Virus record (IMG/VR): IMGVR_UViG_3300030419_004471
Coordinates: 62,001 to 126,000 of that record
Strand: one strand, 5' to 3'
DNA: 64,000 nt
A model generated the notes under the pieces. The model did no database searches and had not been told where the DNA came from. It was given only the letters and a program-made list of their open reading frames with translations. Shown one piece after another: positions 37,109-46,426 of this stretch. A program made the position numbers and the translations under genes. Each line of letters opens with the position of its first letter. Positions within the stretch are counted from its first letter, which is position 1.

Positions 37109-37834
37109 CTAGCGTAATTCGGATAAAAATAGTTTAACTATAACGTCGAATCCAACTCTGGATAAGTGATTATCGTTGCTTGGTCTGATGTGGTCAGGTC
37201 TAGGAGAATCATCATTACCTAATTCATCGTATATAGTAAGATTACTTTCATCAATCCAGTTCATCCATCCTTTTCCATTTGGTGCTTTGAATAGATAAGG
37301 TGAGTTCTGATAATCATCTAATCCCCAAAAGAGAATTTTAATACCTTTCATCTCACACCACTCTGAAATAATTGGAAATGCTTGGTACATAGTAGATAAG
37401 GTAAATCTTGGAATGTTATATAAAACTATATAATCGTTAACCAATTTAATAAATCTGGAATCATCAGCCCAAGGTTCTTTTTTCCACCATTGTCCAATTT
37501 GGTCAAGAGGGCCTGCCAAATGTATCATCTCATCTGTTGGACTGTGATGCATTGTAACTCTTTCTCCGAATGTAGATTGTAGTATTATAACATCACCTTC
37601 TTTGAATAGGTGTTTTGATTTGTAGAATTTTCTGAGGATAGATTCGTTGGATGTACCCGCATCACCATTGTTTACCCATTTCATTCCTAACTCTGTAGCA
37701 AGTTTACTTACCCAATGTTGTTCTTCGGTAAACCCTGATTCTGTACCACTTATTAGACCTTTATCGTAAATACAATAATTTTTATAATATGTCCAATCTG
37801 TGAAGGAACATCCAAAAGCATATAACGTATTCAT
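37109..37834 (-). CDS. SGNH/GDSL-like protein (paralog 4)
   Basis: LYAFGCSFT; NNGDAGTSN; NDNHLSRVG. Confidence 0.65.
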   Translation of the reverse strand: MNTLYAFGCSFTDWTYYKNYCIYDKGLISGTESGFTEEQHWVSKLATELGMKWVNNGDAGTSNESILRKFYKSKHLFKEGDVIILQSTFGERVTMHHSPTDEMIHLAGPLDQIGQWWKKEPWADDSRFIKLVNDYIVLYNIPRFTLSTMYQAFPIISEWCEMKGIKILFWGLDDYQNSPYLFKAPNGKGWMNWIDESNLTIYDELGNDDSPRPDHIRPSNDNHLSRVGFDVIVKLFLSELR

Positions 37835-37910
37835 ATTAAATAAATATCGGTAACACTAATAATACTACTATAAGGTATATACATAATACAGACTAAAGAC
37901 TAATATAAAA

Positions 37911-38063
37911 TTATTTACCCTTAACTTCTTGACATAATCTATCTGAAGCATATGTAATAAGTACATTAGGAAACCAAGCGTGTATAAACAACGCAATAGA
38001 GCATTTCATCGCAAACCACCAATGTTCCCAATATCCTACTTTATTTTCTTTTAGATGATTCAT
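37911..38063 (-). CDS. Small protein, DUF6356-like (50 aa)
   Basis: MNHLKENKVGYWEHWWFAMKCSIALFIHAWFP. Confidence 0.55.
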   Translation of the reverse strand: MNHLKENKVGYWEHWWFAMKCSIALFIHAWFPNVLITYASDRLCQEVKGK

Positions 38064-38264
38064 TTCTCTTTTTCATATGTTGGGTTAAATTTGGATATAA
38101 ACCATATAGTTGATTTTCTAACCATACATTTACCCAAATAATAAGATTCCAAATTCGTTTCATAGAACTATAAATAGGGTGAGCTTAAAAGAAAAGGGCT
38201 AAAAGAGAAGCTTGACACCTTTAACTACCCACAGGTGGGTACTACCCTATTTTTTCTATACGAG

Positions 38265-38303
38265 AAAAAACCAGGCTCGATATAAAAACGCACCCGAGCC
38301 CGG
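38265..38303 (-). terminator. Terminator-like hairpin
   Basis: CCGGGCTCG-N15-CGAGCCTGG followed by T6. Confidence 0.55.
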
Positions 38304-38462
38304 CGTGGCATAAAACGCTTTTCGCTAGTTACAAGAAACCTCCGTTGCCTATATAGTAGTATAGGGTTGCCTTGCTTATTTTATTTTAGCTATTGTCTGT
38401 ATGTGTATATAGGTAGTATTAGTCTTATTGGGTGTACCGAGCTCCGTTCTTGGTGAAAGCAT

Positions 38463-38493
38463 AAAAAAACCATCAGATGGGAAAACTGATGGT
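38463..38493 (-). terminator. Rho-independent terminator
   Basis: ACCATCAG-N9-CTGATGGT followed by a T-run. Confidence 0.8.
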
Positions 38494-38782
38494 GAACATT
38501 GGTTGTTACTTGTTGGAGGGTCTCTAGTCCCCCTATAGGAGAGATGTAGTGATAGCCCATTTTAAGTGGCATCGTGCGTAGTATCATTTCATCACCTCTG
38601 ACACGATGTAGAGCGGAAGGATAGAACTGCCCTATCTTCTCCTGACTGGATGCCAGGCGAGTTTCTCTTAACTCTTCTCCCGCATAAGTGCTAGTTTTCT
38701 ATATTTGAAGGAGTAAACTAGCAAAGACTCCTGCTTATTTTAATATCTTTAGTGTATTTTAGAGCTATTCTCAATCAAACAC
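38463..38782 (-). ncRNA. Candidate structured non-coding RNA (~320 nt), family unknown
   Basis: Bounded by promoter copy 7 and a terminator; GC-richer than its surroundings; multiple helices and an H-type pseudoknot; no credible ORF. Confidence 0.55.
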
Positions 38783-38786
38783 ACTA

Positions 38787-38817
38787 CTAATATACGAATA
38801 ATTCCCGAGATATCCAA
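38787..38817 (-). promoter_or_regulatory. Bacteroidota sigmaA-type promoter (copy 7)
   Basis: TTGG-N19-TATATTAG; no ORF downstream. Confidence 0.75.
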
Positions 38818-38829
38818 GGAAAATCGTAA

Positions 38830-39063
38830 TTATTTTTGCTTTTTTTCACGTTCTTCTATTAGAATACCACCTAATATTAGCAAAAATAGGAGGAAAAAGA
38901 ACGATAGGCCCTCTAATGGGTTATTCAAAAGCAGTAAAAACCCTTTACTAATGAACTGAATGGCTGGTTGTACGCTAAATAATACCAGAATTACCAGCAA
39001 TAACAGCCCTAATCCGATTAAAGTCTCACCAATTGGTCTTAATTTTCTTAACATATCAAACAT
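38830..39063 (-). CDS. 2-TM membrane protein
   Basis: Hydrophobic; ATG just after promoter copy 8. Confidence 0.6.
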   Translation of the reverse strand: MFDMLRKLRPIGETLIGLGLLLLVILVLFSVQPAIQFISKGFLLLLNNPLEGLSFFFLLFLLILGGILIEEREKKQK

Positions 39064-39071
39064 TTACATAG

Positions 39072-39102
39072 TAAATATACAAAAAATTCCTGATATATCC
39101 AA
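39072..39102 (-). promoter_or_regulatory. Bacteroidota sigmaA-type promoter (copy 8)
   Basis: TTGG-N19-TATATTTA. Confidence 0.8.
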
Positions 39103-39166
39103 GGAAAACCCGAATTATTTTCAATTTATTTTTGCTTAGCTTTAAGACATGCCACCCACTCCACCC

Positions 39167-39197
39167 TAAAGATACAAAAAAATAAGCAAATATCCAA
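39167..39197 (-). promoter_or_regulatory. Bacteroidota sigmaA-type promoter (copy 9)
   Basis: TTGG-N19-TATCTTTA. Confidence 0.7.
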
Positions 39198-39206
39198 GGA
39201 AAAAGC

Positions 39207-39324
39207 ATGACAATTTGTCAGGCCATATGGAATTACATTATTCGTAACGAAACTTAGCTTTTATTGAAAATTCCATATCTCACAGCGCTACCTTTTTAAG
39301 AATAATATACTGACAATATGTCAC
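39207..39324. promoter_or_regulatory. Two further TGACA-N3-TGTCA palindromes
   Basis: ATGACAATTTGTCAG 39207-39221; CTGACAATATGTCAC 39310-39324. Confidence 0.5.
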
Positions 39325-39325
39325 C

Positions 39326-39373
39326 TGTGTTACAAATGTGTTACAAATTCCAGTGATAGAGCGCTTGTAACAC
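39326..39373. repeat. TGTGTTACAAA tandem pair plus inverted copy
   Basis: 39326-39347 two direct copies; TTGTAACAC 39365-39373 inverted. Confidence 0.65.
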
Positions 39374-39712
39374 CGTTATCGTGTAAAAATCCCCAAGAAA
39401 AAAAATTGGACATGCAGAGAGATACGCTAGAGCCTTCAAATTATAGTGATATATTGTGAAATAGGGTGTCATTACACTAAAATATGTAACAATTTAATAT
39501 GATATAAGTGGTTTTGTGAAAGACCTTAGGGAATAGTACCTACCCAAAGCCGCTTGTATAGTGTTATAGGAGGGTTTTGGAGGGTTAATTCATAGGGGTG
39601 TGATAAATGGGTACGGATACACTTCCTCAGCGCTTAAAACTCATTAAAATGGGGGGTATTTTCAGTAGGGAATTCTTAGCTATTTTTATTATAGCTTGGG
39701 GTAGGAATTTCT

Positions 39713-40054
39713 TTATTTAATCTTATTGATTTTATGTTGGGATTCTGGGGTGTAGTTATATGTGTTGACCATAGTATCTATCTCTTCTCCTATGTATATA
39801 TCTACTACTATTTTCTGAAGTACCGAACATAGTTCATATTGTTCTCGTCTCTCCAATATAAGAATTGCGTTTTCTATTCGTTTTTGGGGTATGAGATTTG
39901 TTATGGTTTTTGTTCGTATTTTGCCTTCTTCCCATCTTTCATACATCCAAGCAAAGGAACGCACCTCCGCATAGAAGAATTGATTCGCTAATGCTTTTGG
40001 TTCATATAGTGGGATATCTTCCCACTCGTCGTCATTGCCGTTATAAAGTTTCAT
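39713..40054 (-). CDS. Hypothetical protein with UVR-like motif
   Basis: LERREQYELCSVLQK. Confidence 0.55.
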   Translation of the reverse strand: MKLYNGNDDEWEDIPLYEPKALANQFFYAEVRSFAWMYERWEEGKIRTKTITNLIPQKRIENAILILERREQYELCSVLQKIVVDIYIGEEIDTMVNTYNYTPESQHKINKIK

Positions 40055-40099
40055 ACCTATAAATATTATAGTATATGGGGAAAGAGGGTTTGGAAGGGC

Positions 40100-40258
40100 T
40101 TAACGCTTAAGATTATTGAATAACCAATTCCTTGCTTCAACTGCCTCTTTATTGGTTTCTTTACATTCACAAGCATTTGGGTCTACCTTACTTCTACCAT
40201 TACATTTACATCTATTCTTACTTGCTTCTAATCGTTCTTGTCTTATATTATATCTCAT
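40100..40258 (-). CDS. Small Cys-containing protein (52 aa)
   Basis: MRYNIRQERLEASKNRCKCNGRSKVDPNACECKE... Confidence 0.5.
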   Translation of the reverse strand: MRYNIRQERLEASKNRCKCNGRSKVDPNACECKETNKEAVEARNWLFNNLKR

Positions 40259-40338
40259 ACTATCAATAATTATTCCCTCAAAAAATTTTTTGTTCCGACT
40301 CCATCCCCACCGATAGGATGTAAAGGGGAGTAGTTTGC

Positions 40339-41292
40339 TTATTCGGAGTTGTTTGTAGTTATGTTTTTGATGCTTCTTTTGAATCCATCTTTTGTGGTAT
40401 CCCCGCTATTATCATCGGATGGGGATTCCGTATTTATTCCCTTTTTTCTTATTATAAAATGATTAAGCATTCTATCCTGTACTTTATCCCAAGTATTGTA
40501 TTCTACCGTTTCTATAGGAGGTACATTATATCCTGCTTTTACTAACTTATTTAAATCATTTACAAATCTTTCTAAATCTTCTCTAACCTCACCCAAATCG
40601 TCTCCTCCTATTACTCCTCCTGGTTTTATCTTCGGCCATAGGTTTATTAAGTTATTATATACCGAACCTGGCTGATGGTCTCCATCAATCCATACGAATT
40701 TTAATTGATTATCATCATATAGTCTATGTGCATACTTTTCATCACAAGTTATAAAATTAACATAATCTACCAACCCTAATTGTAATAATGGGTTTTTTAC
40801 AATATCTATTATACTAGCACCGTAATTACCTGGACCTGTTTTTTTAATCATTTCATAATATGCATAAAATTGGTGTGGATGGGAATTTTTTTTCCAATCT
40901 TCAATCACTGGTGGAATTAACCAAAATAAATCAATTGAATCGAATTTTATTTTCTTTCCCGAATTCTTAATTTCTTGTGCCATATGTGTTGCTGATTGAC
41001 CCAATAATGTTCCTATCTCAACGAAGTGGTCACCATCTTCTGCTTCTCTAACCATATTTAGATACACATTTTCTGCATCATTAATCCAACCTGGAACTTC
41101 TCTAAAACTTTTTGGTTGAAATGGATATCCTTCCTCCATATAGTATTTAGGGAAGTGATACGGGTCAACTACTCCCTTTTCTAAATCTTCTTCTACTCTT
41201 TTTTGTAGGTGTGAATTATCAAACTTACGTTCTGCGTTTTCAACTCTTACCTCTTCTTGTTTAGGTATTATAATTTCTTTATCTTTTGCCAT
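40339..41292 (-). CDS. Class I SAM methyltransferase (Methyltransf_24-like)
   Basis: FVEIGTLLGQSA, SIDLF, VWIDGDH, IKPGGVIGGDD. Confidence 0.85.
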   Translation of the reverse strand: MAKDKEIIIPKQEEVRVENAERKFDNSHLQKRVEEDLEKGVVDPYHFPKYYMEEGYPFQPKSFREVPGWINDAENVYLNMVREAEDGDHFVEIGTLLGQSATHMAQEIKNSGKKIKFDSIDLFWLIPPVIEDWKKNSHPHQFYAYYEMIKKTGPGNYGASIIDIVKNPLLQLGLVDYVNFITCDEKYAHRLYDDNQLKFVWIDGDHQPGSVYNNLINLWPKIKPGGVIGGDDLGEVREDLERFVNDLNKLVKAGYNVPPIETVEYNTWDKVQDRMLNHFIIRKKGINTESPSDDNSGDTTKDGFKRSIKNITTNNSE

Positions 41293-41293
41293 A

Positions 41294-42205
41294 TTATGAT
41301 TTTTTAAAAGCTAATGTTACATTTGGTATATCTGAATTCATTTGGTCTTTCAATATTAATTCATATCCCAACTCTTTTGCAACTTTAGTTAAAATAGTGC
41401 TTGAATTTATAGTAAATAGAAATGAAGTTCCATCTTTATAAAAAGTCTTTAGTGCAGTTGCCTGTCTTTTCATTTCAACTTCTTCAAAATTAAAACTATC
41501 CAAATCACCATCTATTATATCTATATATATTATTCCACCTTTATTTAATGATTTATAAAGCTCTTTTAAATAAACATAAAAATCTATAACTCCTAAGTGG
41601 ATAAATACTGCTTGAGAATATACAAAATCTATGTTTTTTATATGTGCTAAATCTATTGAATCTTCTATTAGGTGATATTCTATATTATTTTTATCTTTAT
41701 TAAATTCTTTACAATATTGTATTAGTTGTGGATTAATATCTAAACAATGTAAAAGATTAACCTTATCTGACATCCAATTTGCCATTACTCCAGTCCCAGA
41801 ACCTATTTCAAGTGCTTTACACTCTTTTAAAGATTCTATTTCTTTTAATTTACAAATTTGAGTATGGATATGTGATGCATGCCATCTCTTTTCATTTTCT
41901 ATCTCTAAAATTCTTTTGTTGAACTCATCTATTCTGAAACTTTTCACTTTATTAAGTTCATCCATAACAAAGTAATCATTAAAATCTATACCATATAGAC
42001 CCAATAACGAATCCCAATTAGTTCCATTCATTAATCCCATCAGCGATTGCCCAACATTAATTTCATCTCTGATTTCAATTTCTGGTTTATCGGATATATG
42101 TTGTGCATATTCCTTATGCATTTGAACTATCAATTTTGAAATATCCAATTCCTTTGGTTTTGGATTTATCATATTATCAAATGCTTTCTCTAAATCTTTC
42201 ATCAT
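41294..42205 (-). CDS. Class I SAM methyltransferase
   Basis: ALEIGSGTG, CLDIN, FVYSQAVFIHL, LNKGG. Confidence 0.88.
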   Translation of the reverse strand: MMKDLEKAFDNMINPKPKELDISKLIVQMHKEYAQHISDKPEIEIRDEINVGQSLMGLMNGTNWDSLLGLYGIDFNDYFVMDELNKVKSFRIDEFNKRILEIENEKRWHASHIHTQICKLKEIESLKECKALEIGSGTGVMANWMSDKVNLLHCLDINPQLIQYCKEFNKDKNNIEYHLIEDSIDLAHIKNIDFVYSQAVFIHLGVIDFYVYLKELYKSLNKGGIIYIDIIDGDLDSFNFEEVEMKRQATALKTFYKDGTSFLFTINSSTILTKVAKELGYELILKDQMNSDIPNVTLAFKKS

Positions 42206-43101
42206 ATTAATTTCAAATTATGAACGTTCCAACCCCATTTATCTATAAAAAATTTATTAATAGATTCACCTATTATTTTATGAGCTTTTGGTGTTGGGTG
42301 ATTATTATTAGTACCTCTGAATTCCTTTGCAATCTCAAATATTTCATTATTATCAGCCATACCCTTATCCAATGTTTGAAGTGAATCATATTGCTTATTA
42401 TTATATATCATTGGTATTAATTTATCTTTGAATTCATAACATTTAGAAAATGATTTATGATTTTCATATCCCCAAGGACCTATAAAATATACATCAAATC
42501 GTTGCATTAAATCAAATATATAAGAATAGTAAAATAATTTAGTATTTCTGTATGCTAATTTATCAAATATTTTTTCTGAATTTTCCAACATATCTTCTAT
42601 AGAATCATATCCCATTATTTCAGTTAAAGATTCCATAACTTCATTATCATTTAATAAATTTTGTACTCCTTGATTCAAAAGATTTTCATAAAGTGGTAGT
42701 TCTATATCATTTGGAAATGCAGCTGCATGTGGTGATTTAGGGTTTTTCCAAAATACATTAGAATGGAAAAAAGAACGGTCTGCAGGTGGTATCTGTATCA
42801 CAATAACATCATCTTTTTGGAACAGATATCTTTTAGCTAATAGATTTGCGTTTCTAATTACAGTATGAAAATTACCTCCATTATTTGGTTGAACATACTT
42901 TTCAAATCCATCTACATAGTTTGTAAATCGATTAGATGCTCTCCATTCCTCAACTTCAGTATCTTTGTAATCAGAAATATCTCTTAGTTCTATATCTGTT
43001 GCTTGTTGATTTCTCATTGATTTGAATGGTTCTTTATCCATATACAATTCTAATCCCTCACCCCAAGTAAAAGAATCTCCTAAAAATAATATCTTTTTCA
43101 T
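42202..43101 (-). CDS. SGNH/GDSL-like protein (paralog 5)
   Basis: ILFLGDSFTWGEG; NNGGN; NNNHPTPKAH. Confidence 0.65.
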   Translation of the reverse strand: MKKILFLGDSFTWGEGLELYMDKEPFKSMRNQQATDIELRDISDYKDTEVEEWRASNRFTNYVDGFEKYVQPNNGGNFHTVIRNANLLAKRYLFQKDDVIVIQIPPADRSFFHSNVFWKNPKSPHAAAFPNDIELPLYENLLNQGVQNLLNDNEVMESLTEIMGYDSIEDMLENSEKIFDKLAYRNTKLFYYSYIFDLMQRFDVYFIGPWGYENHKSFSKCYEFKDKLIPMIYNNKQYDSLQTLDKGMADNNEIFEIAKEFRGTNNNHPTPKAHKIIGESINKFFIDKWGWNVHNLKLI

Positions 43102-43790
43102 ACTCTTATTTCTTTTTCTTCATAGGTTAATAATTCATTGTAATTTTGTTCAGCACGTGATTTATGAAATCCAAATGCTGAATAATCAGGTTCTCTAGAA
43201 TGCCACTTAGAGAATATATCATTCCATTCCCAACCTTTGTAATCTGTTAACATATCGTTTGTAATTACATCTTCGTTGTAATCTGTACCTCTATCAATTC
43301 TAGTCCTCCAATATTCCGTTGTTACTTTTTCTCTGAGAATTTTATCTGCTTTTTTACTCTTCAAACTCATACCACCAAATAAACCATATCTATTTTTATC
43401 GTATCTATGATGAAGTGCTGGTTCTGCTAACAAATCGTAATCTAAAAAATCATCTGTCCACTTTGTAAAATCTATTGGATAACCATCCCACTCAAATCTA
43501 ATGGTATGTGTATAATCACTCAAATGTAATTGCATATCTCTCATCACAAAGTATGGATATGAATATATTGTAGGTACTACCAATCTATCTCTACCAGGGT
43601 GCTCATCAAATTGAGGAATCAAAATATCAGCGTGATTTTCATTAGCTGAGAATCTTATTACTCTCAAACCCAATTCTTTATATCTATCAACTACTCTATT
43701 TGTTATATGAGCTCTTTGTTCTGAAAACCCATCTGCTCCACCATCTACTGTAACAAATATAACATCATTTTTTAATCTATCTGTTATCAT
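43098..43790 (-). CDS. DUF5672-like (glycosyltransferase-associated) protein
   Basis: YSYFVM...IRFEWDGY....W.DDFLDYD; GGMSLKS; NED; FGFH. Confidence 0.65.
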   Translation of the reverse strand: MITDRLKNDVIFVTVDGGADGFSEQRAHITNRVVDRYKELGLRVIRFSANENHADILIPQFDEHPGRDRLVVPTIYSYPYFVMRDMQLHLSDYTHTIRFEWDGYPIDFTKWTDDFLDYDLLAEPALHHRYDKNRYGLFGGMSLKSKKADKILREKVTTEYWRTRIDRGTDYNEDVITNDMLTDYKGWEWNDIFSKWHSREPDYSAFGFHKSRAEQNYNELLTYEEKEIRV

Positions 43791-44854
43791 TTTTTAAACA
43801 TCCATTTAATTACATCTAATTTAAAATCTTGGTCTTTATAGAACCAATCATACAATATTTTTTGATTATTTTTTATCTTATCTATGTTTTTTTCCTTTAC
43901 AGATTTAGTACCATTCTTATTTAGATACTCAAATGTATCAACTAATAAATCTTTTCCATTTTTTGTTTCATCAAAAACTTCATTTGTTGGAGTCCAAAAT
44001 CCAGAATCTATTAAGAATTTATGTTTATCTGTTGATATTCCTAACATAACCATATTCCCACACATTAATGCTCTAAATGTTTTTTCTGTAAAAAATTGAT
44101 TAATACTATCCTCAATATGACCTGTTTCAAAAACAATAAAACAGTCTGATGAATTAAAATCCCAATACCAACCCATATTTTTAAAATCTTCATTTATTCC
44201 ACCAAAGTTACACTTTTTAAAATCTTCGGTTTTTACTATTGGTTTAATAACATCAGGTTTTATTTTATCTAATTCTTTAATTGTATCTGTTCTCCATTCA
44301 CCTTTTTTATTATCAGAATCTAATCTTCCGCTATATACTGAGAATTCTGGTTTAAAAGTTTCTACTTTAGATAGATTAAATTTATATATCTCTGGGTTAT
44401 AATGAAATCCATAGAAATAAAAATTACGAGTGAAATGTAATTTTGGTTCAAAATATCTATCTTTTTGGTAATTACATTCTACTGGATATTTACCCTTATC
44501 AATCGAAGAAAATATAGTTTTCCAATATTTTGATGTTAATTCTTCTTCAATATCAGGACCTGCAGATTCTCCATCATTTTTAAAATATACAGTGCTTGGT
44601 CTTCGTGATAAAGAAGAACAAAACGCATCCATATAGATTATTCTTTCATATCCACCAAGTTTTAGTGAAGTTATATCATTAAAATTTTGTCTACATAAAA
44701 AGAAATGAGTCTTATCTATGGAATCTTTTTTAACAAGAATTCCTAACTCATCATCTCTTATAATATCAAATGGATAAAATAGTGCGAAAAAAGATGAATA
44801 ATCGTTTTTTAATTGAGTTGAATACTCACAATGTGGAAATACCACTAATTTCAT
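43787..44854 (-). CDS. Glycosyltransferase-like protein with GT10-type E..TEK motif
   Basis: FIVFETGHIEDSINQFFTEKTFRALMCG..VMLG. Confidence 0.5.
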   Translation of the reverse strand: MKLVVFPHCEYSTQLKNDYSSFFALFYPFDIIRDDELGILVKKDSIDKTHFFLCRQNFNDITSLKLGGYERIIYMDAFCSSLSRRPSTVYFKNDGESAGPDIEEELTSKYWKTIFSSIDKGKYPVECNYQKDRYFEPKLHFTRNFYFYGFHYNPEIYKFNLSKVETFKPEFSVYSGRLDSDNKKGEWRTDTIKELDKIKPDVIKPIVKTEDFKKCNFGGINEDFKNMGWYWDFNSSDCFIVFETGHIEDSINQFFTEKTFRALMCGNMVMLGISTDKHKFLIDSGFWTPTNEVFDETKNGKDLLVDTFEYLNKNGTKSVKEKNIDKIKNNQKILYDWFYKDQDFKLDVIKWMFKK

Positions 44855-45699
44855 AAACTATCAATATATTCTTTTAATCTATCTTCTGGTTTCCAATTCA
44901 ATCTATCTACCGTATCATTGTTTTCTCTAAGAGTTTCTCTATAGTTACCCTTTTGGTCGGGTATATACATGCAATCACTACCGAATTTCTCTTTAAACAT
45001 TTCATAGACCTCATTCACCGAATAATTTATTCCAGTTCCCAATTCCCAAGCATCTTCGTGCTTTTCATTACCAACACCAACTTTGTATAGTGCATCACAA
45101 ATATCCACAACGTGTGTGAAATCTCTTCTTTGTTCTCCATCACCAACGATTGTTATTTTTTGATTATTATTGACTTGATTTCTCCATATACCAATCACAG
45201 CTGCCCAATCACCATCAACGATTTCTTTTGGTCCATATACATTGTAGAATCTACAAATCTCTACATCAACTTCAAATGTTGATTTATATAATTTACAAAC
45301 CTCTTCACCTAAGAATTTATACATAGCATATGGTGAATCTGATGGATTATGGTGTTTTGAAGATGAACCAGCATATACTACTTTTACATTATTATGTCTA
45401 GCCCACTCACAAACAGCTTCAGTTCCTCTAACATTTACTCTGAATGTATCTGTTGGGTTCTCAAATGAAGGTTGAATCCTACTCAATGCTGCAAGATGGA
45501 AACATAAATCGAAATCATCTCCTTTGATATATTCAATTGTTTCTATATCCGCATTTATATATTTTACATTAGTGATATGATTTTCTTCTAATCCACTATC
45601 GTAATTATCTAATGAGACAACTGTGTGTCCTTCTTTTACTAATCTTTCGATTAAATTGGTGCCTATAAAACCTGCACCTCCTGTTACTAATATTTTCAT
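44851..45699 (-). CDS. NAD-dependent epimerase/dehydratase (extended SDR)
   Basis: TGGAGFIG, FHLAA, AGSSS, YAMYK, RFYNVYGP, RRDFTHV. Confidence 0.95.
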   Translation of the reverse strand: MKILVTGGAGFIGTNLIERLVKEGHTVVSLDNYDSGLEENHITNVKYINADIETIEYIKGDDFDLCFHLAALSRIQPSFENPTDTFRVNVRGTEAVCEWARHNNVKVVYAGSSSKHHNPSDSPYAMYKFLGEEVCKLYKSTFEVDVEICRFYNVYGPKEIVDGDWAAVIGIWRNQVNNNQKITIVGDGEQRRDFTHVVDICDALYKVGVGNEKHEDAWELGTGINYSVNEVYEMFKEKFGSDCMYIPDQKGNYRETLRENNDTVDRLNWKPEDRLKEYIDSL

Positions 45700-45701
45700 A
45701 T

Positions 45702-46007
45702 TTATAAAATTTTAATTTTACCTCTTAATATATCCCAAAACATCAGCCAATCTGATATTTTAGCTTTTACTGGGTCTTTAAATGCTGCTGGTTCATTCTT
45801 TTCAAATAAAAAATGACCTGTCCAAGCAAATGGATAAATTATAAAAGGTATAATAGGTATCAAATACCATAACCAATGATAAAATATCAAAAAAGTACAA
45901 ATCAATGTAACCCATTGACCCAAAAAATGTAATCTAATACAATTCTTATTTCGATGTAGTGTTAGATACATCTTATAATATTCTTTTATTCCCACGATAC
46001 TTCCCAA
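45702..46007 (-). CDS. DUF962/Mpo1-like membrane protein
   Basis: YLTLHRNKNCIRLHFLG; AWTGHFLFEKNEPA. Confidence 0.8.
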   Translation of the reverse strand: MGSIVGIKEYYKMYLTLHRNKNCIRLHFLGQWVTLICTFLIFYHWLWYLIPIIPFIIYPFAWTGHFLFEKNEPAAFKDPVKAKISDWLMFWDILRGKIKIL

Positions 46008-46426
46008 TCTTTAAATTCATCAGCTATACAATCTATCTTATAGTCCTTTCTTCCTCCATCAAACTCTTGAATCTTATTTTTAGCTGTATTTCTGATTCCA
46101 TTTAGACCGTGTGTAAGTAATAGTTTATTTCCAGCATCTATTCCATTTCTAGCATTATCTTCATTTTGCCAAATATGTAAATTCATCTGAGATAGTACAA
46201 TAACTGCTCTCAAAAACTCTGCATCTATTAGAGGTAATTGTTCTTGCATTTTATCACCTATAAATTTATTCATTTTTTCTTTTAGTATAACATCAATATC
46301 ATTTACGATATCTTTAATTTCTTTAGCATATTCCTCTTTATGATTAGGAATCTTTAATTCTTTTATCTGAATTATTGATAATCTATCAATAAGTTCTCCT
46401 AATGTTGGTAAGTACTTTCGTTCCAT
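45986..46426 (-). CDS. Hypothetical protein, DUF6165-like
   Basis: TLGELIDRLSIIQIK...LWQ.ED..R...N..R...K. Confidence 0.55.
   Translation of the reverse strand: MERKYLPTLGELIDRLSIIQIKELKIPNHKEEYAKEIKDIVNDIDVILKEKMNKFIGDKMQEQLPLIDAEFLRAVIVLSQMNLHIWQNEDNARNGIDAGNKLLLTHGLNGIRNTAKNKIQEFDGGRKDYKIDCIADEFKDWEVSWE

Noticed and set aside
38390-38587. 65-aa minus-strand ORF inside the ncRNA candidate
   Set aside because: It runs through a clear terminator, has no promoter or leader of its own, and covers structured GC-rich sequence
38463-38782. tmRNA, RNase P RNA, hammerhead or group I intron
   Set aside because: No tRNA-like ends or T-loop, no GAGGAAAGUCC, GTGATGA is not the CUGAUGA core with a matching GAAA, and no interrupted gene flanks it
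40290-40335. ACTCC/CATCC...GGATG/GGAGT hairpin after the methyltransferase gene as a riboswitch
   Set aside because: It is too short and matches no aptamer I recognise; more likely a terminator or stability hairpin
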